From Alphaproteobacteria bacterium (GTDB taxonomy: Bacteria; Pseudomonadota; Alphaproteobacteria; Rhodobacterales; Rhodobacteraceae), in contig JAADIJ010000042.1 in the NCBI GenBank assembly GCA_013151335.1, positions 6,480-70,479 on the forward strand: a stretch of DNA of 64,000 nt, given 5' to 3'. Of the stretch, positions 30,239-40,513 are shown one piece after another (the stretch's first letter is position 1; each line of letters starts with the position of its first letter). A program made the translations under genes and the position numbers. The notes under the pieces are model-generated. The model did not search any database. It worked only from the letters and a program-made list of their open reading frames with translations, and was not told where the DNA came from.

Positions 30239-30850
30239 ATGCGCAAGCTTTCGGAAAAAAGCCTGGTTATTGCTTCGCATAATCAGGGCAAACTGATCGA
30301 GATCCGAGCGTTGTTAGAGCCGTTCGGTTATCAAATCACCTCCGCCGCCGAATTGGGTTTTGACGAGCCGGAGGAAACAGAGGATAACTTCGCCGGAAAC
30401 GCTCGGATCAAGGCGCATTTTGCGGCTAAAAACAGCGGCTTACCGGCATTATCTGATGATAGCGGCATTGCCGTCGATGCACTGAACGGCGCTCCTGGCG
30501 TGTACACGGCCAATTGGGCCGAAACCTCAAACGGCCGTGATTTCACCATGGCCATGACCAAAGTTTGGGACCGTTTAGAGGATATTAACGCGCCCGAACC
30601 CCGAGTCGCCCGATTTGTCTGCACTTTATGTCTGGCTTGGCCCGATGGCGACGATTTGCTGTTTGAGGGCAAGGTCGAGGGGCGTCTGATCTGGCCCGTG
30701 CGCGGCGCAAACGGGTTTGGGTTTGATCCAATGTTTCTTCCCGACGGCAAAACCCAAACTTTTGGCGAAATGGACCCTGCCGAAAAGCACGCCATGAGCC
30801 ATCGGTCCGTTGCTTTCGCCCAGCTTGTAGCCTGCTTAAGAGATGCTTAA
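30239..30850 (+). CDS. rdgB: Non-canonical purine NTP pyrophosphatase (RdgB/Ham1)
   Basis: From ATG 30239: [22 protein letters not shown]..., [15 protein letters not shown]. Starts 1 nt after the rph stop. The ORF-track start 30113 lies inside rph. Confidence 0.92.
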   Translation: MRKLSEKSLVIASHNQGKLIEIRALLEPFGYQITSAAELGFDEPEETEDNFAGNARIKAHFAAKNSGLPALSDDSGIAVDALNGAPGVYTANWAETSNGRDFTMAMTKVWDRLEDINAPEPRVARFVCTLCLAWPDGDDLLFEGKVEGRLIWPVRGANGFGFDPMFLPDGKTQTFGEMDPAEKHAMSHRSVAFAQLVACLRDA

Positions 30851-32003
30851 CGATTGGCGCAACGGCGGGTTCGGCATCTATATTCACTGGCCGTTTTGCG
30901 AATCTAAATGCCCGTACTGCGATTTTAACTCTCATGTTGTTGCGGAAGTTGATCAACGAAGTTGGGCGCAAGCGTTTGTTTCAGAGTTAGAGCGATACAG
31001 TGAGGAACTCCCGGAACGTATTGTTAACTCAGTGTTTTTCGGCGGTGGCACACCTAGTCTGATGTCGCCTGAGTTGGTGGAAACCGTCCTTGCCTGTATC
31101 GCCGAAAACTGGCGTCTGGCCAATGATGTCGAGATCACGCTTGAGGCCAATCCCTCGTCGGTGGAGGCTGGTAAGTTTCGCGATTTTCAGGCTTCGGGCA
31201 TTAACCGGGTGTCGCTTGGCGTTCAATCTCTTAACGACCACGATCTTCGCCGTTTGGGTCGTCGCCATACTGCGCAGGAGGCGCGCGAAGCCATTGAAAT
31301 TGCGCAAAAAGCGTTTCTGCGGGTGAGTTTTGATCTGATTTATGCGCGACAAGAACAAACAATCGCCGAGTGGCGCGCCGAGCTTACCCAAGCTTTGGCG
31401 TTTGGGACCGAGCACCTCTCACTTTATCAACTCACCATCGAAAATAATACCGCGTTTGGACGTTTGAACGCGCTCGGGAAATTGCGAGGGTTACCGGCTG
31501 ATGATCTGGCCGCCGACCTCTATAATGTGACGCAGGAAATCTGCGGCGCACACGACCTTCCAGCCTATGAGGTTTCAAATCACGCAAAACCTTATGCACA
31601 ATCGCGCCATAATCTGATTTATTGGCGTGGCGGCGATTATATTGGCATTGGCCCGGGTTCTCATGGGCGTATTACCGTTAAAAATCAACGTTTTACGACC
31701 AGTTGTTGCGGTTCTCCTTCGGTTTGGCTGGACCAAGCCCTTGCCGGAAAAACCAAAGAATCACGCTCGGTTTTGTCGAAAACAGATCGCGCGATTGAGT
31801 ACGTGATGATGGGTCTGCGTCTGGACGAGGGGCTGTCTGTGGATCGGCTCTTAGACATGTGCCCTAGCGTTCTTGCCTCTAAAAACATCGAACTTTTGCA
31901 AGAAATCGGCCATCTGGAGGTGAGCGAAAATGCGCTGCGCGTAACCCCGTCCGGGCGCATGGTGCTGAACGCGATTACTGGCGCGCTTCTCGAACAGCTT
32001 TAG
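30843..32003 (+). CDS. hemW: Radical SAM heme chaperone HemW (HemN-like, oxygen-independent coproporphyrinogen oxidase family)
   Basis: [17 protein letters not shown] (CxxxCxxC radical-SAM cluster). 386 aa. rph-rdgB-hemW synteny. Confidence 0.88.
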   Translation: MLNDWRNGGFGIYIHWPFCESKCPYCDFNSHVVAEVDQRSWAQAFVSELERYSEELPERIVNSVFFGGGTPSLMSPELVETVLACIAENWRLANDVEITLEANPSSVEAGKFRDFQASGINRVSLGVQSLNDHDLRRLGRRHTAQEAREAIEIAQKAFLRVSFDLIYARQEQTIAEWRAELTQALAFGTEHLSLYQLTIENNTAFGRLNALGKLRGLPADDLAADLYNVTQEICGAHDLPAYEVSNHAKPYAQSRHNLIYWRGGDYIGIGPGSHGRITVKNQRFTTSCCGSPSVWLDQALAGKTKESRSVLSKTDRAIEYVMMGLRLDEGLSVDRLLDMCPSVLASKNIELLQEIGHLEVSENALRVTPSGRMVLNAITGALLEQL

Positions 32004-32908
32004 GTCTGCGTGTTGGCGGTCAGAATTTGACACAGCTCGTCAAGCTGATCCAAAGAGGCATAGCTGACGATTAGCGAGCCGGTTTGCGTTCCGGCATTGT
32101 GCGAAATCGTTACTTTCATGCCAATATTTGCCGCCAAATCAAGTTCAAGTGCTACAGTATCTGCGTCCTTCTCCTGCTTGATAACATTGGAGGATTCCTG
32201 TTTCGGGGCCTTGGATTTTGCCAGCTTTTCCGCCTGCCTTACCGAAAGACGCTTGGAAATGATTTGCCGGGCCAGTTCGCCGGGATTTTCAGCAGTTACC
32301 AGCGCGCGCGCATGTCCGGCCGACAGCTTTCCCTCGCGCAGATAGTCAAGCACTTCGTCTGGCAAGGTCAGCAACCTCAGCAAATTAGCAATATGGCTGC
32401 GGCTTTTTCCCAGCACTTCGGCCAGTTTTTCTTGTGTATGGCCGAATTTATCCATCAATTGGCGATACCCTTGAGCCTCCTCGACAGAATTGAGGTCGGC
32501 GCGCTGGATATTTTCAATAATTGCGTATTCAATTACTTCCGTGTCGTTAAGATCGCGGATTAGGACCGGAATTTCATGCAAATTTGCCATCTGGGCCGCT
32601 CGCCAGCGACGCTCACCAGCGACGATTTGATATTTATCGGCGGAGCTTGGATCTTGCCTGACAATTAGCGGCTGGATGATGCCCTTTTCGCGGATCGACG
32701 TGGCAAGCTCGTCAAGATTGGCTTTGACAAAGTCGCGCCGGGGTTGCTCTGGGTTCGGAACCAACTTTTCGATCGGCACCAAGCTGTCCGGTTGGCGCAA
32801 AACCACATTGTCGGAGGCGGTTTCTTGCACGGTTGGAGCGTTAATATCTGCCATCAGCGCTGATAACCCTCGCCCGAGACCGCGTTTTTCAGGTTTCGAT
32901 TTTGTCAT
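32000..32908 (-). CDS. parB: Chromosome partitioning protein ParB
   Basis: From ATG 32908: MTKSKPEKRGLGRGLSALM, ParB box IVAGERRWRAAQMA. The ORF-track start 33148 is an extension into parA. Confidence 0.93.
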   Translation of the reverse strand: MTKSKPEKRGLGRGLSALMADINAPTVQETASDNVVLRQPDSLVPIEKLVPNPEQPRRDFVKANLDELATSIREKGIIQPLIVRQDPSSADKYQIVAGERRWRAAQMANLHEIPVLIRDLNDTEVIEYAIIENIQRADLNSVEEAQGYRQLMDKFGHTQEKLAEVLGKSRSHIANLLRLLTLPDEVLDYLREGKLSAGHARALVTAENPGELARQIISKRLSVRQAEKLAKSKAPKQESSNVIKQEKDADTVALELDLAANIGMKVTISHNAGTQTGSLIVSYASLDQLDELCQILTANTQT

Positions 32909-33755
32909 TATTATCAACCCTTTGTGATGGTTTCTTCTGAGTATTATGGCGCCGTAAAATCTCTGCTGCCAGCTTTTGATAGGCAATACTACCTTTGCTG
33001 GTGTGATCGTAAAGCAAAGCAGGCATCGCGTAAGACGGCGCCTCGGACAGTCGCACGTTTCGCGGAATAATCGTGGTGTATACCATGTCGCCAAGATTGC
33101 CGCGAACATCTTCTTCAACCTGTTTGGACAGATTATTGCGCGCGTCATACATGGTCAAAACCACTCCCTCGATGCGAAGCTCGGGATTGAGCGACTGGCG
33201 CACTTCTCTGATCGACAACATAAGCTGCGAAAGTCCTTCGAGGGCGAAAAATTCGCATTGCAGCGGGACCAACACGGAATGCGCGGCAACCATGGCATTA
33301 ACAGTCAGCAAATTCAGCGACGGTGGGCAATCTATTAACACATAGTCAAGCTTTAGCGCTGCAAGTTCCGGGCCGCGCAATATCTTTCGCATCTGCGTCG
33401 CCCGATTGTCATTTCCAGCGAGCTGAACATCGGCAGAGTTCAAATCTGTCGTCGCTGGGACGATAAGCAGATTGGGCACAAGCGTTTGGCACACTACATC
33501 TGCTAACTTCGCATCTTCCAACAACAAGTCATAGGTCGTAAGCTTACGTTGATCAGGTCCGACGCCCAGACCAGTCGAAGCGTTTCCTTGCGGATCGATG
33601 TCAACCAACAGCACTGACTTGCCAACCGCAGCGAGGGCAGTTCCCAGATTTATTGCCGTGGTGGTTTTGCCAACGCCGCCTTTTTGATTGGCCAGCGCGA
33701 TAATTTTTGGTTTTATGTCGGTATTTGATGGGTTAAGCACGCCCGATCTCTCCAA
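32889..33755 (-). CDS. parA: Chromosome partitioning ATPase ParA
   Basis: Deviant Walker A ALANQKGGVGKTTT. The start is uncertain (TTG 33755 or GTG 33740). Confidence 0.93.
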   Translation of the reverse strand: MERSGVLNPSNTDIKPKIIALANQKGGVGKTTTAINLGTALAAVGKSVLLVDIDPQGNASTGLGVGPDQRKLTTYDLLLEDAKLADVVCQTLVPNLLIVPATTDLNSADVQLAGNDNRATQMRKILRGPELAALKLDYVLIDCPPSLNLLTVNAMVAAHSVLVPLQCEFFALEGLSQLMLSIREVRQSLNPELRIEGVVLTMYDARNNLSKQVEEDVRGNLGDMVYTTIIPRNVRLSEAPSYAMPALLYDHTSKGSIAYQKLAAEILRRHNTQKKPSQRVDNNDKIET

Positions 33756-34368
33756 TTCGAAGTATTACCCCACCTGAATCGGTCCTGCTGGGCGTTTTTT
33801 GTAATGTGAATGTCCAGTATTTTCGCGCGTGGGTCAATTCGTTTTCTGCATTTTCGCCCTTAGAAAACAGACAAATTCCGTTATCGCCTAAATGCCTCTC
33901 GGCCAGCCCAAGTAGCTTGTTTAAGGGAGCAAGTGCGCGCGCTGACACGACATCCGCGGAATGTGGTGTTAAGTGTTCCGCTCGGTTGATTAATATTTTC
34001 GGCGATAGCCCTAAATCTACACTCGTTTTGAGCAAAAATGAGGCTTTTCTAGTATCGCTTTCGACAAGCCCAATCTTCATGTCGGGTTTTAGCTCTTTTG
34101 CGAGAATGGCAATTACAAGACCCGGAAAGCCACCTCCTGTCCCAATATCGAGCCAAAACCGCGCCGATTTTGGTTGCTGGTCCCAAATCTGGGCTGAGTC
34201 GATGATATGCCGAGGCCAAATGTGGTTAATTGTGGATCGGCTTATGAGGTTTATCGCGGGATTCCACTTTTTGACCAACGCTTCATACTCAAAAAAGCGA
34301 TCAATTGTTTCACGTGAAACATTATACCGCGCGCGAAACGCATCTATGACCGGACTATTGCTGCTCAC
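33733..34368 (-). CDS. rsmG: 16S rRNA (guanine527-N7)-methyltransferase RsmG (GidB)
   Basis: [12 protein letters not shown]-terminal motif and SAM motif [10 protein letters not shown]. Confidence 0.9.
   Translation of the reverse strand: MSSNSPVIDAFRARYNVSRETIDRFFEYEALVKKWNPAINLISRSTINHIWPRHIIDSAQIWDQQPKSARFWLDIGTGGGFPGLVIAILAKELKPDMKIGLVESDTRKASFLLKTSVDLGLSPKILINRAEHLTPHSADVVSARALAPLNKLLGLAERHLGDNGICLFSKGENAENELTHARKYWTFTLQKTPSRTDSGGVILRIGEIGRA
34306..34321. other. parS centromere-like site (perfect 16-nt palindrome TGTTTCACGTGAAACA)
   Basis: Exact match to the parS consensus TGTTNCACGTGAAACA. It lies inside rsmG, where it encodes NVSRET, about 0.55 kb from parA. Confidence 0.85.
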
Positions 34369-36248
34369 GCCGACTTCTTTCTCTGTAGTCGCTTCAGTCT
34401 GGCAAGCACCAGCGTCAATCCAGCTGCGGTCATTCCCTCGATTCGGCTAGCATGGCCTAGCGTAAGCGGATTGAGCCGCGATAGCTTCTCAACCAACTCA
34501 ATCGATAGGCCAGTAACCGACGAATAGTCAAATTCCGGTGGAATCTGATGCGCCTCATCACGTTTTAGTGCCAAAACATCGTTTTTCTGCCGATCTATGT
34601 AATTTGAGTAGAGCGCATCCCTTTCGATCTGATCGACAATTTCCCGTTTGGTTTGTGCCAACTCAGGCCAAATACCAAGAAGGGACGAAAAATTTACGCC
34701 TTGATAAGCCAATAGGTCCACTCCCGAGCGCTTCACCCCATCCTGATTGACCTTAATGCCAAATTTTCCAGCTTCGTTGGGTGAAATCGTTTTTGACGAC
34801 AAGATCGCGCGGGTTTTATCAATCTCGGCAATTTTGCGATCAAATGCTATCTGCCGGAACTCACCAACGCAGCCGATTTCCAATCCCAGCGGCGTCAAGC
34901 GCTGGTCGGCGTTATCGGCGCGCAGCGACAAACGAAATTCCGCGCGCGAGGTGAACATCCGATAAGGCTCCGACACCCCGCGCGTAACCAAATCATCAAT
35001 CATCACGCCAATATATGCCTGCGAGCGATCAAATATCACCGCCGAAAGCCCCTTTGAAGCCCGCGCAGCATTCAATCCCGCAACCAAGCCTTGCGCGGCA
35101 GCCTCCTCATATCCGGTCGTGCCGTTAATTTGCCCCGCCAAATACAGACCCGGCATGGTTTTGACTTCTAAACTTAGCCTCAGCGCGGTCGGATCGACAA
35201 AATCATATTCAATCGCATAGCCGGGTTGAAGAATTTTAGCATGTTCCAGACCTTTGATGGTCGCAACATAGGCGCGTTGGACGTCTTCGGGCAACGACGT
35301 GGAAATTCCGTTGGGATAAACCGTATAATCGTCGAGCCCCTCTGGTTCCAAAAAAATTTGGTGAGAGGTCTTCTCGGCGAATCTGACCACCTTATCCTCA
35401 ACGGACGGACAGTAACGCGGACCAACTCCATCTATTCTACCGCCATACATCGCTGATTTTGTTAGGTTTTCGCGAATTATATCATGGGTTTGCTGGTTGG
35501 TGTGAGTAATTCCGCAAGCGATTTGCCGTGCGGAGGGCCTTGATGACAGGGACGAAAACATGGTTGGTGTTTCGTCGCCATGTTGCCGTTCGAGCGCCGC
35601 CCACGCGATTGTTCGCCCGTCGAGCCTTGGTGGTGTGCCGGTTTTCAAGCGTCCTAGCGGCAATCCGAGGCTTTCTATCCGTTCAGCCAGTGGAATTGCT
35701 GGCTGATCCCCCATTCGTCCTCCAGGAATGGACTTCTCGCCGATATGAATCACGCCTCGCAGAAAGGTACCGGTGGTCAGAACGACTTGATTAGACATCA
35801 TACTGCTGCCGTCGCCCAAAATAATCCCTACGATCTTGTTATTCTTGATCTTTAGATCACTTACCTCAGCCTCAATCACGGTCAGGTTTTCAGCCGCCGA
35901 AATTTCGTGCTGCATAGCCTGGCGGTAGAGACCGCGGTCGGCCTGCGCCCGCGGGCCTTGGACGGCTGGCCCCTTTTTTCGGTTTAGCAACCGAAACTGA
36001 ATCCCTGCCCGATCGGCCACTCGGCCCATCAAACCATCAAGCGCATCTATTTCCCGAACGAGGTGGCCCTTTCCAAGCCCACCAATGGCAGGATTACAGG
36101 ACATCTCGCCGATTTTTTTGAAATCATGGGTAACAAGCACGGTGCGAACACCCAATCGCGCGGCGGCATGGGCCGCGTCGCAGCCAGCATGACCACCTCC
36201 TATGACGATAACGTCAAAATCTTGACCAAGATGTTTCACGTGAAACAT
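34365..36248 (-). CDS. mnmG: tRNA uridine 5-carboxymethylaminomethyl modification enzyme MnmG (GidA)
   Basis: [19 protein letters not shown] motif. 627 aa. Confidence 0.96.
   Translation of the reverse strand: MFHVKHLGQDFDVIVIGGGHAGCDAAHAAARLGVRTVLVTHDFKKIGEMSCNPAIGGLGKGHLVREIDALDGLMGRVADRAGIQFRLLNRKKGPAVQGPRAQADRGLYRQAMQHEISAAENLTVIEAEVSDLKIKNNKIVGIILGDGSSMMSNQVVLTTGTFLRGVIHIGEKSIPGGRMGDQPAIPLAERIESLGLPLGRLKTGTPPRLDGRTIAWAALERQHGDETPTMFSSLSSRPSARQIACGITHTNQQTHDIIRENLTKSAMYGGRIDGVGPRYCPSVEDKVVRFAEKTSHQIFLEPEGLDDYTVYPNGISTSLPEDVQRAYVATIKGLEHAKILQPGYAIEYDFVDPTALRLSLEVKTMPGLYLAGQINGTTGYEEAAAQGLVAGLNAARASKGLSAVIFDRSQAYIGVMIDDLVTRGVSEPYRMFTSRAEFRLSLRADNADQRLTPLGLEIGCVGEFRQIAFDRKIAEIDKTRAILSSKTISPNEAGKFGIKVNQDGVKRSGVDLLAYQGVNFSSLLGIWPELAQTKREIVDQIERDALYSNYIDRQKNDVLALKRDEAHQIPPEFDYSSVTGLSIELVEKLSRLNPLTLGHASRIEGMTAAGLTLVLARLKRLQRKKSA
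36232..36247. other. parS centromere-like site (perfect 16-nt palindrome TGTTTCACGTGAAACA)
   Basis: Second exact copy. It sits within the 18-nt palindrome ATGTTTCACGTGAAACAT (36231-36248), which is also codons 1-6 (MFHVKH) of mnmG. Confidence 0.85.
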
Positions 36249-36251
36249 TCC

Positions 36252-37547
36252 TCACTTACCGAGACAAAAACTCGCGAAAATTTCGTCCAAAACATGCTCG
36301 ACATCAACCCGACCAATCAAAGAATCCAGAGATCTGATAGCTTGGTGTAGATCCTCAGAAGCAAATTCCGCTCTTTCAGGTCCGCTCAATACAACATCGC
36401 GGGCTGATTCCAACAGTGAAATCGCACGGTCGAGCGCCAAACGATGTCGGATACGCGTCGCGGTTGCCGCCCCCGCTGCGCGCGTCTGAAGAATTTTCCC
36501 GATGTTTTCAACCAGACCCGCAACACCCAACCCAGTTAGACCAGAAATACCTACTACACTGTTTTTATTATATTTATCGGCTTTTCCAATCATCACCAGA
36601 TCATCAGGATCAAGCATAACGCCGAGGTCATCTGTGTAGTTTTCCTCGATCAAAACCACCCTTAGATCCGCTTGATCTGCCCTACTCCGAGCCCGCGCGA
36701 CACCCAAAACTTCAACCTTGTCGTCCGTGTCGCGAATTCCGGCTGTATCCAAAAAGGTCACGGCGAAACCATCCAAATCCATCCGAACCTCTATCACGTC
36801 CCGGGTTGTCCCGGCAACTTCCGAGGTTATCGCTGCTTCACGACCAGCGAGTCGATTTAGAAGGGTCGATTTTCCAATATTTGGGGGACCGATAATCGCC
36901 ACCTCAAAGCCGTCGCGAATACGCTCGGAGATGTGGCTACCGCGACTTTCCCGTATCAGCGAGTTTGACGTTTTATCAATTAAATCAACAACCTCTGGTG
37001 TGACATCAATCGGGACATCTTCATCAACGAAATCTATTGTCGCCTCTAACAAAGAAACCGCGCGGATCAAATCCTGACGCCACGACGTGGCAAGATCGCC
37101 CAGCGCGCCATCAAACACGCGCAAGGCCTGCTTTCGCTGAATTTCGGTTTCGGCCTCGATAAGATCACCGAGTCCTTCTACCTGCGCCAAATCCAGACAT
37201 CCGTTTTCAAGCGCTCTGCGGGTAAATTCTCCCGGTTCAGCCAAACGAACGCCCTCAAAGCCCCCAAGAGCCATCAGAACCGCTGAAATAATCGCGGGCG
37301 ATCCGTGTAAATGAAATTCAACCACGTCCTCGCCGGTGAAACTACTGCCTTGCGCGAAAACAAGCACCAGCGCTGCGTCCAACACTCCAAAATCGGGGTG
37401 TTTAAGGTGTCTTAACCCCGTCTGGCGCGGCAAGGGCAAGGTTCCGGCAAGCGAGGTGGCCACCTTAATGGCTTGAGGTCCTGACAGTCTTATAACGGCC
37501 ACGCCAGCCTTGCCTCGCGCCGAAGCCAGTGCGAAAATGGTGTCCAT
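36252..37547 (-). CDS. mnmE: tRNA modification GTPase MnmE (TrmE)
   Basis: G-domain [12 protein letters not shown] and DTAGIR. C-terminal FCLGK tetrapeptide. Confidence 0.95.
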   Translation of the reverse strand: MDTIFALASARGKAGVAVIRLSGPQAIKVATSLAGTLPLPRQTGLRHLKHPDFGVLDAALVLVFAQGSSFTGEDVVEFHLHGSPAIISAVLMALGGFEGVRLAEPGEFTRRALENGCLDLAQVEGLGDLIEAETEIQRKQALRVFDGALGDLATSWRQDLIRAVSLLEATIDFVDEDVPIDVTPEVVDLIDKTSNSLIRESRGSHISERIRDGFEVAIIGPPNIGKSTLLNRLAGREAAITSEVAGTTRDVIEVRMDLDGFAVTFLDTAGIRDTDDKVEVLGVARARSRADQADLRVVLIEENYTDDLGVMLDPDDLVMIGKADKYNKNSVVGISGLTGLGVAGLVENIGKILQTRAAGAATATRIRHRLALDRAISLLESARDVVLSGPERAEFASEDLHQAIRSLDSLIGRVDVEHVLDEIFASFCLGK

Positions 37548-37599
37548 TACTCAACGCTCCTGCATTAAACCTTATGGGTATTACCGCAGGATTACCAAA

Positions 37600-38871
37600 T
37601 CAGGTGTTCATGGAGTCAAAAAACTCGGCATTTGATTTAGTTTGTTTCAATTTCCCGAGCAGGAATTCAATCGCATCGGTCGTTCCCATGGGGTTGAGGA
37701 TACGGCGCAGAACGAAGGTCTTGGTCAGATCGACTTTGTTAACCAACAACTCCTCTTTGCGGGTGCCGGATTTGAGAATATCAATCGCCGGGAACACGCG
37801 TTTGTCGGCGACTTTACGATCCAGAACCAGTTCGGAGTTACCGGTGCCTTTGAATTCTTCAAAGATCACCTCATCCATCCGGCTGCCGGTTTCGATCAAT
37901 GCAGTCGCGATAATGGTAAGCGAGCCGCCTTCCTCGATGTTACGCGCCGCGCCAAAAAACCGCTTGGGTCGTTGCAGCGCATTGGCGTCAACCCCGCCAG
38001 TGAGAACCTTGCCCGATGATGGCACCACGGTGTTGAAGGCGCGGCCAAGGCGGGTGATGGAATCAAGCAAAATAACCACGTCGCGCTTATGCTCGACCAG
38101 CCGTTTGGCCTTTTCAATCACCATCTCGGCAACCGCCACGTGACGGGTCGCCGGCTCGTCGAAAGTCGAGGACACCACCTCGCCTTTGACCGAGCGTTGC
38201 ATGTCCGTGACCTCTTCGGGTCGCTCGTCAATCAGCAGCACAATCAGGTAAATTTCAGGATGATTGGCGGCGATCGAGCGCGCAATATTTTGCAAAATCA
38301 CCGTTTTACCCGTGCGCGGCGGGGCCACCACAAGCGAGCGTTGGCCTTTGCCAATCGGCGCGACAAGGTCGATCACACGGGCAGTTTTATCTTTTATGGT
38401 TGGATCAGTGACCTCCATAATAAGCCGCTCATCGGGGTAGAGAGGCGTCAAATTGTCGAAATGAACCTTGTGTTTGGCTTGTTCGGGATCGGTGAAATTG
38501 ATCTGGGTGACTTTTACCAAGGCGAAATAGCGCTCGTTATCCTTAGGGGCCTGAATAACCCCCTCGACAGTGTCGCCCGTACGCAACGAGAATTTTCGGA
38601 TTTGGTTGGGGCTGATATAAATGTCCTCGGGACCGGCCAAATAGTTTGACTCAGGCGAGCGCAAAAACCCAAACCCATCTTGCACGACTTCAAGCACACC
38701 GTCACCGGAAATTTCCACACCATCTTCGGCGGTTTCTTTTAGGATGGCGAACATCATGTCGCCCTTGCGCATGGTCGAGGCGTTCTCGATCTCCAACTCG
38801 TCGGCGAGGGTCAACAGATCGGCCGGGCTTTTGGCCTTTAATTCGGACAAATACATTTTTTCTTGGGTCAT
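37600..38871 (-). CDS. rho: Transcription termination factor Rho
   Basis: From ATG 38871: [20 protein letters not shown]..., [17 protein letters not shown], Walker A APPRTGKT. The ORF-track start 38895 is TTG. Confidence 0.96.
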   Translation of the reverse strand: MTQEKMYLSELKAKSPADLLTLADELEIENASTMRKGDMMFAILKETAEDGVEISGDGVLEVVQDGFGFLRSPESNYLAGPEDIYISPNQIRKFSLRTGDTVEGVIQAPKDNERYFALVKVTQINFTDPEQAKHKVHFDNLTPLYPDERLIMEVTDPTIKDKTARVIDLVAPIGKGQRSLVVAPPRTGKTVILQNIARSIAANHPEIYLIVLLIDERPEEVTDMQRSVKGEVVSSTFDEPATRHVAVAEMVIEKAKRLVEHKRDVVILLDSITRLGRAFNTVVPSSGKVLTGGVDANALQRPKRFFGAARNIEEGGSLTIIATALIETGSRMDEVIFEEFKGTGNSELVLDRKVADKRVFPAIDILKSGTRKEELLVNKVDLTKTFVLRRILNPMGTTDAIEFLLGKLKQTKSNAEFFDSMNT

Positions 38872-39014
38872 GATATCTCTCTGATCATCAGACAAAGCAT
38901 CAATGCCAGCCGGATCATAATTTTCAGGTTTGGAATCGTCTTGAGCGGCCGGACGGCCAGACTGGTTGAACTGTTACACTAAATGGTTAAAGAATGTCAA
39001 ACATTGCAACGATT

Positions 39015-39467
39015 TTAGAATGGGCGCGCTATAATCATGATTACGATTATGATCATCAAAACCGTGGGAACCTCGTTCATCAGCCGGAATTGTTTTCCCG
39101 ATGTTTCACACGTTCCCGTGGTCAACTCTTTGCGCCGCCGACCCAGCCAGTGATGAAATAACGTCATGCCGATAACCATGATCGCCTTGACCCACGGCCA
39201 ACCTTCAGACCAGGCAACGATGCCGGGCGTAAAAGCAAGGGTCAGGCCAAAAATCCATGTGGCGATCATTGCCGGATTCATGATCAGGCGGTAAAGCTTG
39301 ACCTCCATCATCTGAAATAACTTGTCCGTCTCGCTATTGGCATTAACTTGTTCGACGTGATGAACCATCAATCTGGGCAGGTAAAGTAACCCGGCCATCC
39401 AGCTTATAACCGAAATAACGTGCAGCGCCTTAACCCACGGATACATGTTTGATAACAGATCGCTCAT
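39015..39467 (-). CDS. hemJ: Protoporphyrinogen IX oxidase HemJ-type membrane protein
   Basis: 150 aa, about 4 TM segments. WVKALHVISVISWMAGLLYLPRLMVHH is characteristic of the HemJ (UPF0093) family. Confidence 0.8.
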   Translation of the reverse strand: MSDLLSNMYPWVKALHVISVISWMAGLLYLPRLMVHHVEQVNANSETDKLFQMMEVKLYRLIMNPAMIATWIFGLTLAFTPGIVAWSEGWPWVKAIMVIGMTLFHHWLGRRRKELTTGTCETSGKQFRLMNEVPTVLMIIIVIMIIARPF

Positions 39468-39503
39468 CTTTTCTTTGCCTTTGTTAAGCGCCAGATTTCG
39501 ACC

Positions 39504-39536
39504 TATCTAATATAAATATATATTTAGAGAAAGTAG
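39504..39536. other. AT-rich tract (candidate DNA unwinding element)
   Basis: tatctaatataaatatatatttagagaaagtag is 28/33 A/T. The core at 39508-39526 is 19/19 A/T. This is the most AT-rich stretch I saw in the window. Confidence 0.45.
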
Positions 39537-39577
39537 TGGTTTTAGTAGAAGCATTTGAATTAGGGGATATACCATGT

Positions 39578-39586
39578 TTATCCAGA
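39578..39586 (+). promoter_or_regulatory. DnaA box-like, TTATCCAGA (1 mismatch)
   Basis: Compared with the TTATCCACA consensus. Inside the oriC candidate. Confidence 0.4.
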
Positions 39587-39664
39587 TATGCACATCAAGT
39601 CGGGATAAATCGGCCAATGGGAGGGAAAAATATACGTGCTTGGTAAAACCTGATTTTCATCATA

Positions 39665-39679
39665 TTAATAACAAGTTAA
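39665..39679. promoter_or_regulatory. CtrA binding-site consensus TTAA-N7-TTAA
   Basis: TTAATAACAAGTTAA: TTAA at 39665-39668, a 7-nt spacer, TTAA at 39676-39679. Exact full-site match inside the oriC candidate. Confidence 0.5.
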
Positions 39680-39749
39680 CCCATGATAACTCTGTGCATA
39701 AGATATTGAAAACCTTTGGGTAGCATTTAGGACACTTTGAAAACCAGTT

Positions 39750-39758
39750 TGTTCCACA
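39750..39758 (+). promoter_or_regulatory. DnaA box-like, TGTTCCACA (2 mismatches)
   Basis: Compared with TTATCCACA. Inside the oriC candidate. Confidence 0.3.
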
Positions 39759-39779
39759 GGGGTTGATAAGGTTATACGT

Positions 39780-39788
39780 TGTGGAAAA
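39780..39788 (-). promoter_or_regulatory. DnaA box-like, TTTTCCACA on minus strand (1 mismatch)
   Basis: The plus strand reads TGTGGAAAA. Inside the oriC candidate. Confidence 0.4.
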
Positions 39789-39818
39789 AACCGGTGTAAA
39801 ATCTTAACAAACCTGCCT

Positions 39819-39827
39819 TTATCAACA
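39819..39827 (+). promoter_or_regulatory. DnaA box-like, TTATCAACA (1 mismatch)
   Basis: Compared with TTATCCACA. Inside the oriC candidate. Confidence 0.4.
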
Positions 39828-39881
39828 GCCCTGCCCAACCGAGCCAATTTCACCTCTTTCATCCCAAGGTCGCACGCCCAT

Positions 39882-39890
39882 TTATCCACA
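39882..39890 (+). promoter_or_regulatory. Perfect DnaA box TTATCCACA
   Basis: Exact 9-mer consensus, 11 nt upstream of the maf ATG. Confidence 0.6.
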
Positions 39891-39901
39891 AGGATATCCT
39901 C

Positions 39902-40513
39902 ATGACCAAACCGACAAGCCCGGCACTTATCCTCGCCTCTGCCTCGACTATCCGCGCCGAGATGCTGCGCAATGCTGGCGTTGCGTTCAAGGCTATCCAA
40001 GCACGAACAGATGAAGACAGTGTTAAAGCCGCCATGCTAAATGAGGGTGCCAAATCGCGCGATATTGCCGACGCACTGGCCGAGCTAAAGGCGCGGCGGG
40101 TGTCAATGATGCATCCGATAGCGCGGGTGATTGGTGCGGATCAGGTGCTGGAGTTTCAGGGCGAGATCCTGAGTAAGCCGACCTCTATGACCGAGGCGCG
40201 CCAGCATCTTGTCGCGCTGAGAGGTCAAAAACACAGCCTAATTTCCGCCGCTGTGATATATCACAACAACCGGCCTGAATGGCGCCATGTCGCCAAAACC
40301 GATCTCTGGATGCGCGATTTCTCCGACGCTTATCTTGACCATTATCTGACACGTTTGGGCGAAGAGGCGCTTTCGTGCGTTGGCAGTTACAAACTTGAAG
40401 CCGAGGGTGTAAGATTGTTTTCACGAATTGAAGGAGACTATTTCTGCGTGTTAGGCATGCCACTGGTCCAAATTCTGGGCCACCTGACCAACATAGGACA
40501 ACTTGAAAAATGA
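39902..40513 (+). CDS. maf: Maf-like nucleoside triphosphate pyrophosphatase
   Basis: LILASASTIRAEMLRNAGV N-terminus. 203 aa. ATGA overlap with aroE. Confidence 0.9.
   Translation: MTKPTSPALILASASTIRAEMLRNAGVAFKAIQARTDEDSVKAAMLNEGAKSRDIADALAELKARRVSMMHPIARVIGADQVLEFQGEILSKPTSMTEARQHLVALRGQKHSLISAAVIYHNNRPEWRHVAKTDLWMRDFSDAYLDHYLTRLGEEALSCVGSYKLEAEGVRLFSRIEGDYFCVLGMPLVQILGHLTNIGQLEK

Larger units (their letters stand above)
39468..39901. other. Chromosomal replication origin (oriC) candidate
   Basis: 434-bp non-coding gap with a 19-nt A/T-only tract, one perfect and four near-consensus DnaA boxes, and a TTAA-N7-TTAA CtrA box. Flanked by the conserved alphaproteobacterial origin synteny (parBA-rsmG-mnmG-mnmE-rho-heme gene | maf-aroE-coaE-dnaQ). 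Gene orientation switches here: all minus to the left (32000-39467), all plus to the right (39902-42651). Confidence 0.75.

Noticed and set aside
39665-40053. Minus-strand ORFs 39665..40000 (111 aa) and 39859..40053 (64 aa) in and around the origin gap
   Set aside because: They run through the DnaA-box region and antisense into maf. They have no RBS, and their translations are featureless. The region is better explained as oriC.
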